The position numbers and the translations under genes were made by a program. Below are positions 40,372 to 48,717 of a DNA stretch of 64,000 nt, piece by piece. How positions within the stretch are numbered: the first letter of the stretch is position 1; every line of letters starts with the position of its first letter. Origin of the DNA: an uncultured Candidatus Sumerlaeota bacterium (GTDB taxonomy: Bacteria > CAYMEV01); assembly GCA_964389675.1 (NCBI GenBank), contig CAYMEV010000001.1, positions 62,001 to 126,000 on the forward strand. The letters run 5' to 3'. A model generated the notes under the pieces. The model worked only from the letters and a program-made list of their open reading frames with translations. It was not told where the DNA came from and searched no databases.

Positions 40372-43179
40372 CTTCATCCTTATAGTCCAGTTGGTCATTG
40401 TAAGAGATGGGACAGTGCTTACATTAATGGAGAGTGAATTAATGGAAAGAGGTGAATTCCCCAGGTCATCGGCTGTATATATGACCTGTGTCCTGTTGTC
40501 CTCATAATATGTGTATAAAGGTGCATTGGTAACCTCTGTGGTGCCATCCCCTATCTCAAGGATGTTTAATGTTGAAAAGTTATAGCATCCTGTAGTTACA
40601 CTGTTATCTGATGCATCCTCTGCTGTTACCTTGAAATAGTATGTGGTATTTGTATCAAGGCCTGTAATTGTGCCGCTGTGGCTTGTAACATAAGATGTGC
40701 TGATGTCTGCTGTATTTGGAAGACTTGAACATGAAAGGCCATAGCTTACAGAAGATACTGCACTTTCATCTGTACTGAATGATATCTGTGCTGAATTTCC
40801 GGAGATATTTGTGATCGTAACACCTGAAACTACCGGTGCAGCGCAGTCTATTGCTGCAGTATCTGTCTTGTAGGCTGCCTTTTTGCCCTTGCTTCCTGTA
40901 TTCTCATCATAATAGCTTACAGTAAGTGTATCACCGTCGGATACAGCAATATCTGTCCCCAGTATTACAGAACCCTCAAAAACGCCGTCAGTAGCAGTTT
41001 CATAAAGGGTAACCGTTATCCCTGAAGGATTTGTAGTTGATGTTACATCCACATTCTGGGTCCCTTCACCTGAAAGGTCGGAATCAGAAAGTGTGATTAC
41101 GGCTGTTGATGTACAGTTGTATAAATCATCATCAAAATTTACTATTCCATCAGATGAAGAACCTATTAGAATTGTTTTTTCATAATTAATAATATTCGGG
41201 TGAGTTACTACAAGCAGGAAATCCCCTGATGAGCTAAGAGGGGAATCCAGCGTAACTGTGGCGCTTCCGGTAGCATCGGTCCTTGCTGCTCCTCTGATTC
41301 CAAGTGAGGGGTTGTAGGCACTTACTATGGCATCTTCAACAGGGCCTTTTGAATCGCTTACAGTTGCCTCAAAGCTTGCTGTACCTACAGGAAGCAGGTC
41401 AGGCGATGTCACAGAAGGATCAACAGGTGATGCAGATGGCAAAAATGATGTACCGTCACCTAAAAGGTTATACATATCCATGTAGTATTGTGACTGCCCG
41501 CCACCGGAATAATAGTTCCAGAGAAGAACCTTTGAATAATTCGTGTTCTGGTCAAGCACATGCATTCCATCGAAGAATGCATCCCATGAACGCCTTGCAA
41601 GATAGTCATCCTCATCCCAGTATGATGAGTTGGATGCGCCCCAGTAAGCAAAAGCTGCATTGTCTGCCCTGATAAAGGCCTCAGCTATACATGGTTCATA
41701 GCTTGAGCTGTTAAATTGAGTACTCAGACAGCAGTTTCCTATTGCAAAAAAATACATGTACTGATTTGTAAGGGAAGTAACATTTGAGACAGATATTGAC
41801 GTACTGCTTCCGAAAGCCCAGGATGTCTGGCTGCAGTGAGCAGAATAGTTTGCCGCAACCTTGCCTGCATTCATGGAAGCAATTACATCCGATGCAGTAT
41901 GGCCTAATGAATAGGCATAAAGCTTGTCATAATCCCAGCCATTGGGGTCAAGATGTGTGGAGGCGACATAATCAAATGTGCCTTCCCCTACATCGGAGTA
42001 GTTTGAATCATAACCTGCTGCAAGCGCAACATCCGTCATCCAGGTAAGGTCAGAATTCTGATACTGCTCATAATAAAGCAGTTTCCCCAGATATGTGCTC
42101 AGGTCTGAAGTTGTCCTTAAGGATATTCTGCTTATTCCTGCATCAGGAAAATAATCAGAACCGGCAAGGTAAACATAGTATACATCGGCTGCTGTGCCTG
42201 AATCCTCGCCTGTATATGTTGGGATCGTATTTGAATCGCCAACAAGTATTATGCTTGAAGGCGGGACATCCCATGTATCGTATGCATCCTGGATATACGC
42301 ATGAATACCTGCTGTGGTAGAACCGTTCGTAATATCTGACTGCTGTGTCAGAGTAACGATATATCCCTTCTTTTCTTTCCATTCAACAAATGAGGAAAGG
42401 CCTGAATATAGCGCATCTGCTGTAATTATCAGGATACCTTCATCAGAGAATCCTTTTGCATTGACAGACTGCTTCAGCTCTTCACTGCCCAATGAGGCAA
42501 GGTCATATACCCTGCTGAAGCTTGAGTCATACCTGTTTATCTTTTGAGCTGTCTTTGCCATATCTGAATTCTTAAGCTCGATCTTAATATCGATCTCTGT
42601 ATATACCATAAGCCTTTCTGTTGAAGGATTGTATTTCACTGGGAATATGGTAACAGGCAGAAGCCTTTTCTCTCTTGCCCTTATCTCATCATTTACCTTA
42701 ATGAACTCCTCAGGCAGAAAAGATTTGCTCTTATAGACCTCTTTATTGATTATAAATTCTGGTGTCTCAGCTTCCGGGTCTTTTGGCACAGGAAACTGAA
42801 CAGGATACAGGAGCTCTGCTCCAGTTTCAACCAGAATATCAATCTCCACTGCCTTGCCAAGAGTATATGATATCTTGTAATCTGCAGATTCAGGAATCTG
42901 TATCAGCTTATAAAAAACCGGGAGTTTGGGATCCCCATACTCTCCAAATACCGATCCATCCTCGAAATAAAGATCGGAATATACTACACCCTCCTTTATG
43001 TGGGTCTTGTAGAACATTCCCTTTACATTTGTCTTCAGCCTTATCTCTTCAGGCGAATAGGATTCGACGATTACACCTTCCTCCAGCTTGCTGTCAGCTG
43101 AAATGAAACCGTCATAGGAATAACCTGAAAGAGAAAAGCAGAGTATTACTAAGATAACGACTAAGTGAACCTTTTTCAT
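38929..43179 (-). CDS. Protease F: secreted C25 (Kgp-type) + Ig + L1 + FN3 + Y-domain + tail T2
   Basis: Start ATG 43179 after CAGGAGG; GDPKLP, PVKYNP; ANYSAHC, AIGNCC, SYWDED, NLLGDG; tail identical to D. Confidence 0.93.
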   Translation of the reverse strand: MKKVHLVVILVILCFSLSGYSYDGFISADSKLEEGVIVESYSPEEIRLKTNVKGMFYKTHIKEGVVYSDLYFEDGSVFGEYGDPKLPVFYKLIQIPESADYKISYTLGKAVEIDILVETGAELLYPVQFPVPKDPEAETPEFIINKEVYKSKSFLPEEFIKVNDEIRAREKRLLPVTIFPVKYNPSTERLMVYTEIDIKIELKNSDMAKTAQKINRYDSSFSRVYDLASLGSEELKQSVNAKGFSDEGILIITADALYSGLSSFVEWKEKKGYIVTLTQQSDITNGSTTAGIHAYIQDAYDTWDVPPSSIILVGDSNTIPTYTGEDSGTAADVYYVYLAGSDYFPDAGISRISLRTTSDLSTYLGKLLYYEQYQNSDLTWMTDVALAAGYDSNYSDVGEGTFDYVASTHLDPNGWDYDKLYAYSLGHTASDVIASMNAGKVAANYSAHCSQTSWAFGSSTSISVSNVTSLTNQYMYFFAIGNCCLSTQFNSSSYEPCIAEAFIRADNAAFAYWGASNSSYWDEDDYLARRSWDAFFDGMHVLDQNTNYSKVLLWNYYSGGGQSQYYMDMYNLLGDGTSFLPSASPVDPSVTSPDLLPVGTASFEATVSDSKGPVEDAIVSAYNPSLGIRGAARTDATGSATVTLDSPLSSSGDFLLVVTHPNIINYEKTILIGSSSDGIVNFDDDLYNCTSTAVITLSDSDLSGEGTQNVDVTSTTNPSGITVTLYETATDGVFEGSVILGTDIAVSDGDTLTVSYYDENTGSKGKKAAYKTDTAAIDCAAPVVSGVTITNISGNSAQISFSTDESAVSSVSYGLSCSSLPNTADISTSYVTSHSGTITGLDTNTTYYFKVTAEDASDNSVTTGCYNFSTLNILEIGDGTTEVTNAPLYTYYEDNRTQVIYTADDLGNSPLSINSLSINVSTVPSLTMTNWTIRMKHTTKADYESSAVFENTGWTVVYQANTTISATGWNEFVFAAPFEYDGSQNLMVDFSFNNDEWASPGGKVYWTGTSTAQSIYGYTDSGYGDPLDWSSSTHPTVYASDNFINLKLGLVADNPPMNLDRAIVSLNPDLPAIYQWEYSESKPFVFEEKGSTWTIVMNGNYADKVVTGDITGDGIAEAIAYFAGQGLYLYDFESFSQITTGVINDFCLADIDGTGVKTLIASLDGFGIYKWIYSKDRSTWQFDQAKSTWERINTQLADIILAVDIFKNGVDELFVAFNGLDGGYIYQFAEDLFTKAVTVSPVNLAKADIDGDGYAELVSAFEGLGIYLMSYTAKAGQAKSIPCIDLENDIKESFVWTSKGGNKAFQWMRILIVAPDADTEIATGNITSDSIDEIFTVIAGRTYYYQPSGQTWNSLVAASFDRMILGKFSQDQVDDIILSSKAGEFIYLYKSDTASFERIMMGAYASDMAVILFDEQ

Positions 43180-43396
43180 TGATTCCTCCTGTTTTTTGTT
43201 TTTTTTCATTTATATATGCATAAATAAAAATATTATTCTTCTGGATTTTTGTTTCATATATGAAGTTTTTTCGATAAAGAAGGAAAGGTTTTCATAATAA
43301 TGGAGAGAAATAAAAAATTGTGTGTAAATAACATCCTTAATCAACAAACTGCACTATATAACTTTATTCCAATAATATGGACCTTTGACATTAATG

Positions 43397-43424
43397 ATTG
43401 TATCACAATATTAAATGCTTTCAA
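43397..43424 (-). promoter_or_regulatory. Possible sigma70 promoter for F-E
   Basis: Minus strand TTGAAA-N16-TACAAT with upstream TG, in an AT-rich intergenic region. Confidence 0.4.
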
Positions 43425-43663
43425 GAATAAATTTTAAATATTGCCTGCATTATTATATTTTTTTTGAAATCTTGCCATATCTGCATGACTTTATGAACCT
43501 GAACAGATATCATGTCCTCAATCAGCAAGGATGAAACAGCAAAATACTATAATTCATCACGGGCATCTCACATATAAAATGGAAGTGGATGTCTAAAAGC
43601 CTTTAAACCAAAAACAAAAAGCTATCTGATCTGAATAATTAAATTTCTTTTGTTAAGGGGAAT

Positions 43664-43698
43664 AAAAAAAGGCAGGGATTTCTTCCCTGCCTTTTTTT
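43664..43698 (-). terminator. Intrinsic (bidirectional-type) terminator after protease G
   Basis: AAAAAAAGGCAGGGA-loop-TCCCTGCCTTTTTTT. Confidence 0.9.
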
Positions 43699-43712
43699 CT
43701 CTGATATTCCTA

Positions 43713-46178
43713 TCACAGGCTTATAACATAAAAACAGACTCCCTCATATGTCCAGTTTGGAAGCTCCATTACGGTATCTCTTTCATGCTCGCTTATGGTG
43801 TAAAGATGTCCGCCTCTTGCATGGTTGAAAAACCGGTAAACAGGCGTAGTACCTGTAATCTGGGTATTAAAGACATAAAACTTAACACCCTCGTAATTCC
43901 ACTGAGGTAGCTGCATAATAGCGTCTCTTTCACTTTCATCAATGGTATAAAGGTGAATTCCTGTATTTGTATTGAAGAAGCGGTACACAGCACGGCTATC
44001 CTGAACCTGGCCGGCATATACATTAAACTTAATACCCTCATATGTCCAGCTGGGAAGCTGCATGACTGCATCCCTCTCAGCTTCGCTAATGGTATAAAGA
44101 TGGCCTCCCCTGACATGGTTGAAGAAACGGTAGACAGGAACCGGGACATCTCCGGATCCGCTTATGTTTATGGTTTTTTCATAATTTATAATATTCGGAT
44201 GCGTAACAACAAGAAGGAATGTGCCGGCAGTATTCAGGGCCGAATCGAGAATTACCGTTGCATTTCCTGATGAATCAGTCCTGGCTGCACCCCTGACCCC
44301 CAGGCTTGGGTTATATGCACTCACTATTGCGCCTTCAACAGGGGATCCAGATGCAGTCACATTTACCTGGAAACTTGTTGTGCCAAGGCTTACAGAATCT
44401 GGAGAATCAACTGAGGGGTTTACAGGGCTTTTTGAGGGAACAAATGATGTACCGTCACCGAACACATTATACATATCCATATAGTACCTGGATTGCCCTC
44501 CCCCTGAATAGTGGTTCCAGAGCAGGACCTTTGAATAATTTGTATTCTGGTCAATTGCATGCATTCCATCAAAAAATGCATCCCATGAACGCCTTGCAAG
44601 GTAGTCATCCTCATCCCAGTATGATGAGTTGGATGCTCCCCAGTATGCAAAAGCAGCATTGTCTGCCCTGATGAATGCCTCACCGATGCATTCGTCGTAT
44701 GTGTTGAACTGAGCACTTAAACAGCAGTTCCCGACAGCAAAGAAATACATGTTCTGATTTGTAAGTGAATTGACATGGCTGTTATAGATATCCCCTCCAT
44801 TGCCGAAAGCCCATGATGTCTGGTTGCAGTGGGCAGAATAGTTTGCTACAACCTTTCCGGCATTCATGGAGGCAATGACCTCTGATGCTGTTGAATCCAG
44901 TGCATCTGCATACAGCTTGTCATAATCCCACCCATTGGGGTCAAGATGTGTAGATGCGACATAGTTGAAGGTCCCCTCCCCAATATAGGAATAATACCAG
45001 TCATATCCGGCAGCGAGTGTAGCATCCGTCATCCAGGAAAGATCGGAGTTCTGGTACTGCTCGTAATAAAGCAGTTTGCCCAGATAAGTGCTGAGCTGGC
45101 CTGTTGTCCTGACAGAGATCCTGCTTATTCCTGCATCAGGAAAATAATCAGAGCCATCAAGGTATACATAGTAAACATCAGCAGCTGTGCCTGAATCCCC
45201 TCCTGTATATGTGGGAATGGTATTTGAATCACCGACAAGTATTACGCTTGATGGAGGGATATCCCATGTATCGTAGGCATTCTGTATATAGTTGTGTATT
45301 CCTGTTGTGGAACTTCCGTTAGTTATATCAGACTGCCTTGTAAGAGTAACCCTGTAGCCCTTTTTCTCCTTCCATTCTACAAAGGTTGAAAGCCCGCTGT
45401 AAAGCGTATCTGCAGTAATTATAAGGATGCCTTCATCAGAAAAACCCTTTGCATTAACCGAATTTTTAAGCTCGCTGCTTCCAACAGATACAAGGTCATA
45501 CATAATGCTGAAGCTTGAATCATATCGGTTGATCCTTTGTGCAGTCTTTGCCATATCAGCATTTTTAAGCTCAATTCTTATATCAATCTCTGTATAAACC
45601 ATCAGCCTTTCAGTAGAAGGATTGTACTTTACAGGGAATATTGTTAAAGGCAGCAGCCTTTTCCCCCTGGCCCTTATTTCATCATTAACCTTGATGAATT
45701 CTTCCGGCAGAAAAGATCTGCTTTTGTATACCTTTTTATTGATTATGAATTCCGGAATTTTTGCTTCCGGGTCCTTTGGCACAGGAAGCTGAACAGGGTA
45801 TATAAATCCTGCCCCGGTCTCTGCCAGCATGTCCACTTCCACAGCCTTCCCAAGGGTAAAAGATACCCTGTAATCAGCAGATTCAGGGATCTGTACAAGC
45901 TTGTAAAAGACTGGAAGCTTCGGATCTCCATAATCGCCATACACAGACCCATCCTGAAAGTTCAGATCAGAATATACCCTGTCCTTTTTAATATGGTTTT
46001 TATAGAAAATCCCGTTTACATTAGCCTTGAGAATTATCTCTTCCGGCGAATAGCCAATAATTATCACTCCTTCTTCAAGGTCGGTATCAGCTGAAATAAA
46101 ACCGTCATATGAATAGCCTGAAATAGAAAAAAACATCATAATCAGTATAATACCCAAACCCAAATGAAACTTTTTCAT
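43713..46178 (-). CDS. Protease G: secreted C25 (Kgp-type) + Ig + tail T3 (three DUF5648-like repeats)
   Basis: Start ATG 46178 after CAGGAGG; close paralog of the F head (YSAHC, GNCC, SYWDED); VYRFFNHVRGGHLYTISE repeats as in B. Confidence 0.93.
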   Translation of the reverse strand: MKKFHLGLGIILIMMFFSISGYSYDGFISADTDLEEGVIIIGYSPEEIILKANVNGIFYKNHIKKDRVYSDLNFQDGSVYGDYGDPKLPVFYKLVQIPESADYRVSFTLGKAVEVDMLAETGAGFIYPVQLPVPKDPEAKIPEFIINKKVYKSRSFLPEEFIKVNDEIRARGKRLLPLTIFPVKYNPSTERLMVYTEIDIRIELKNADMAKTAQRINRYDSSFSIMYDLVSVGSSELKNSVNAKGFSDEGILIITADTLYSGLSTFVEWKEKKGYRVTLTRQSDITNGSSTTGIHNYIQNAYDTWDIPPSSVILVGDSNTIPTYTGGDSGTAADVYYVYLDGSDYFPDAGISRISVRTTGQLSTYLGKLLYYEQYQNSDLSWMTDATLAAGYDWYYSYIGEGTFNYVASTHLDPNGWDYDKLYADALDSTASEVIASMNAGKVVANYSAHCNQTSWAFGNGGDIYNSHVNSLTNQNMYFFAVGNCCLSAQFNTYDECIGEAFIRADNAAFAYWGASNSSYWDEDDYLARRSWDAFFDGMHAIDQNTNYSKVLLWNHYSGGGQSRYYMDMYNVFGDGTSFVPSKSPVNPSVDSPDSVSLGTTSFQVNVTASGSPVEGAIVSAYNPSLGVRGAARTDSSGNATVILDSALNTAGTFLLVVTHPNIINYEKTINISGSGDVPVPVYRFFNHVRGGHLYTISEAERDAVMQLPSWTYEGIKFNVYAGQVQDSRAVYRFFNTNTGIHLYTIDESERDAIMQLPQWNYEGVKFYVFNTQITGTTPVYRFFNHARGGHLYTISEHERDTVMELPNWTYEGVCFYVISL

Positions 46179-46235
46179 CTGTTCCTCCTGTAATCGGCAC
46201 TCGTTAAAATTGATGCCTATTTTTATTCTAATATA

Positions 46236-46264
46236 ATTATATACTTCAGGCAAAAATGTTTCAA
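46236..46264 (-). promoter_or_regulatory. Putative sigma70 promoter for protease G
   Basis: Minus strand TTGAAA-N17-TATAAT (context AAGTATATAAT, as upstream of D). Confidence 0.65.
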
Positions 46265-46462
46265 TTTATTTATTTTTAATTTTTGTGCCAAGCATTAATA
46301 AAGATCGATAATACTTAAATATTTATCCTGCCAGATGGGCTGTATAAATAATTATTATTGACTTGCAGGGAAGCTGTAATAATATTTATTAATCAGATGA
46401 TGATTGGAATATCGGAAATATACATTGAATTCATATGATCTTAATTCTGTTTGTATAGTAAA

Positions 46463-47566
46463 ATGTACAGCATAACACTATTTGCACTTCTTTTTTTTAT
46501 ATCAACTCTGATTTCAACGGTTACGATGCCTTTGGTAATCAGATTCAGCAGGTCTGTCGATATATTCGATACACCCAATTCAAGGAAGGAACACAAGGAC
46601 AAAATCAGCCGCCTCGGGGGTATAGGAATATTCATATCCTTCATTATTACCTTTTTTCTGTTTTACCGCGGTATGGATTTTACTTTTGATATTGATATTT
46701 ACCTTATAGCTGTCTTTGTGGTATTTTTTATGGGCATATATGATGATATCAAAGACCTCAAGCCAAAATACAAGCTTGCTGTCCAGATCCTTGCAGGCAT
46801 TATTGTCAGCTTTTCAGGCCTGAGGTTTGACCAGCTTAACTTCCTCGGCTTGTTTACGATAGAATTCGGGATATTTTCCTTTGTCGTAACATCCCTCTGG
46901 ATAGTTTCCTTCATTAATGCCATAAACCTCATTGATGGCATAGACGGCCTTGCATCAGGGATTGTCATTATTGCATCGGCTTTTATTTTTGTTATAGCAG
47001 TAATGCAGGGAATTACTGTTGCCGCCTTCTTTTCACTTCTGCTTGTAGGGGCCACAGCAGGCTTTTATATCTTTAATTTCCCCCCGGCAAGGATATTCAT
47101 GGGGGACGGGGGGTCCTACCTTCTTGGATTTATCTGTGCAACAATACCATTAATGGGCATTAAGAAGGCATCTGTCATAAATATGCTCCTGGTCCCTTTC
47201 ATACTTCTTATTATACCGATATCAGATACAGTAAATGTAATACTATCAAGAATAAAGCACAGGAAGCATATCTTCACGGCGGACAAAAGCCATATTCACC
47301 ACAGGCTTCGCCAGCTCGGTTTTTCAAATAAACAAATACTTATTCTGATCTATACAATGAACGTACTTCTGGGCTTGCTTTCTGTCCTTTTAGTCCAGAT
47401 ACACCCTCTTCTGGGTGTATATATACTTATTATCGTATTTCTCGGCCTTTTAATGGGGTTCTATATAATATATATAATAGAAAAGAACCTCAGCAGTGCA
47501 GATAATAAGAAGAGCAATGATATGCCTGCAATTGATAATATAAATATAAAAAAAATCAGCAGATGA
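46463..47566 (+). CDS. wecA: WecA/TagO-type undecaprenyl-phosphate HexNAc-1-phosphate transferase
   Basis: PNSRKEH, RLGGI, GIYDD, INAINLIDGIDGLASG, FNFPPARIFMGDGG, HIHHRL. Confidence 0.92.
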   Translation: MYSITLFALLFFISTLISTVTMPLVIRFSRSVDIFDTPNSRKEHKDKISRLGGIGIFISFIITFFLFYRGMDFTFDIDIYLIAVFVVFFMGIYDDIKDLKPKYKLAVQILAGIIVSFSGLRFDQLNFLGLFTIEFGIFSFVVTSLWIVSFINAINLIDGIDGLASGIVIIASAFIFVIAVMQGITVAAFFSLLLVGATAGFYIFNFPPARIFMGDGGSYLLGFICATIPLMGIKKASVINMLLVPFILLIIPISDTVNVILSRIKHRKHIFTADKSHIHHRLRQLGFSNKQILILIYTMNVLLGLLSVLLVQIHPLLGVYILIIVFLGLLMGFYIIYIIEKNLSSADNKKSNDMPAIDNINIKKISR

Positions 47567-48717
47567 AGAACCTCCTGATCATAGCATCGCATTCAACATC
47601 AAAGGCCGGGGCAAGGGGAATACAGGCCCAGAGGCTGATAAAAGCCCTCTCTGAACTGTACAATGTCTACCTTATAACATCTGAAAATTCATATTCTGAT
47701 CAAATCACGGATTTCATGAAGCTTAAGAAAATATTCATTATGCCTGATCTGAGCCATATTATTCAGGGAATCATGAGGAGGGCCTGGTTCTTCCTTTCTC
47801 AAAGAGACTTCAGATACTGCCATTATGCAAAGAAAAAGGCTTCAAGCATTATCAGAAAATATGAAATTGATACTGTGCTCACCCTTTCCACTTTCTATTC
47901 AAATGCTGATACAGGCATGCACCTGAAAGAGCTTTTCAGCAAAAAAAAGCTGATCTCATTTCTATCAGACCCTTTATCTATCAATCCTCTTTTTTACAGC
48001 AAAAACTGGCAGAAAACCTATTTAGTGAGATATGAAAGGAAGATATTCTCAAGATCAGATATAACAGTATTCCCCTCAGGAAGAATGCTGGAGATGTACT
48101 CAGATATCTATCCTGAATATGCCGGGAAAATGACGGTAATCCCCCACAGCTACTCAAAACAGGAAAATGGAATGGCAGTAAAGGATAAAGCCATTATGCC
48201 CGTAAAAAAGATCAGCCATTTCGGCCTTTTGTATAAAAAGAGGAATCCGATGGCAATGCTGGAATTTATATCAGGGAATAGGGATTATTTTATAAAAAAT
48301 TCCTTTGAATTCCATTTTTACGGGACAATAGAAAGAAGCCTGAAGAAAAAAATGGCCTGCTATGAATCAGACCTGATACACCTGCATTCTCAAATACCGT
48401 ACAGGGATGTTGAACAAAGGATGCTTGAATCATTTGCCCTTCTGGTAATAGATGCAAATTTCAGGCATAGCCCCTTTCTTCCATCAAAGCTTGTAGAATA
48501 TCTCCCCTATAATATACCTGTAATAGGCATAACCCCTGATAACAGTGAATCACAGCGGGTTCTTGAAGAAACAGGGAATTATTTTGTGAACTACAGCCAT
48601 ATGGATTCATTTATTGATGTTCTGGATAGTATTATTTGTAATTATGAGCCATCAATGAATAATATTTCCCGTTATGAGATCGGAAATGTGATAAATCAGT
48701 GGAAAGAGATTATATAA
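47563..48717 (+). CDS. Glycosyltransferase (GT-B fold)
   Basis: SDP motif, HFGLLYKKRNP, PSKLVEYL; coupled to wecA. Confidence 0.75.
   Translation: MKNLLIIASHSTSKAGARGIQAQRLIKALSELYNVYLITSENSYSDQITDFMKLKKIFIMPDLSHIIQGIMRRAWFFLSQRDFRYCHYAKKKASSIIRKYEIDTVLTLSTFYSNADTGMHLKELFSKKKLISFLSDPLSINPLFYSKNWQKTYLVRYERKIFSRSDITVFPSGRMLEMYSDIYPEYAGKMTVIPHSYSKQENGMAVKDKAIMPVKKISHFGLLYKKRNPMAMLEFISGNRDYFIKNSFEFHFYGTIERSLKKKMACYESDLIHLHSQIPYRDVEQRMLESFALLVIDANFRHSPFLPSKLVEYLPYNIPVIGITPDNSESQRVLEETGNYFVNYSHMDSFIDVLDSIICNYEPSMNNISRYEIGNVINQWKEII

Noticed and set aside
43180-43209. Upstream starts for F (43209) and G (46253)
   Set aside because: Strong RBS (CAGGAGG) and signal peptides fit ATG 43179 and ATG 46178.
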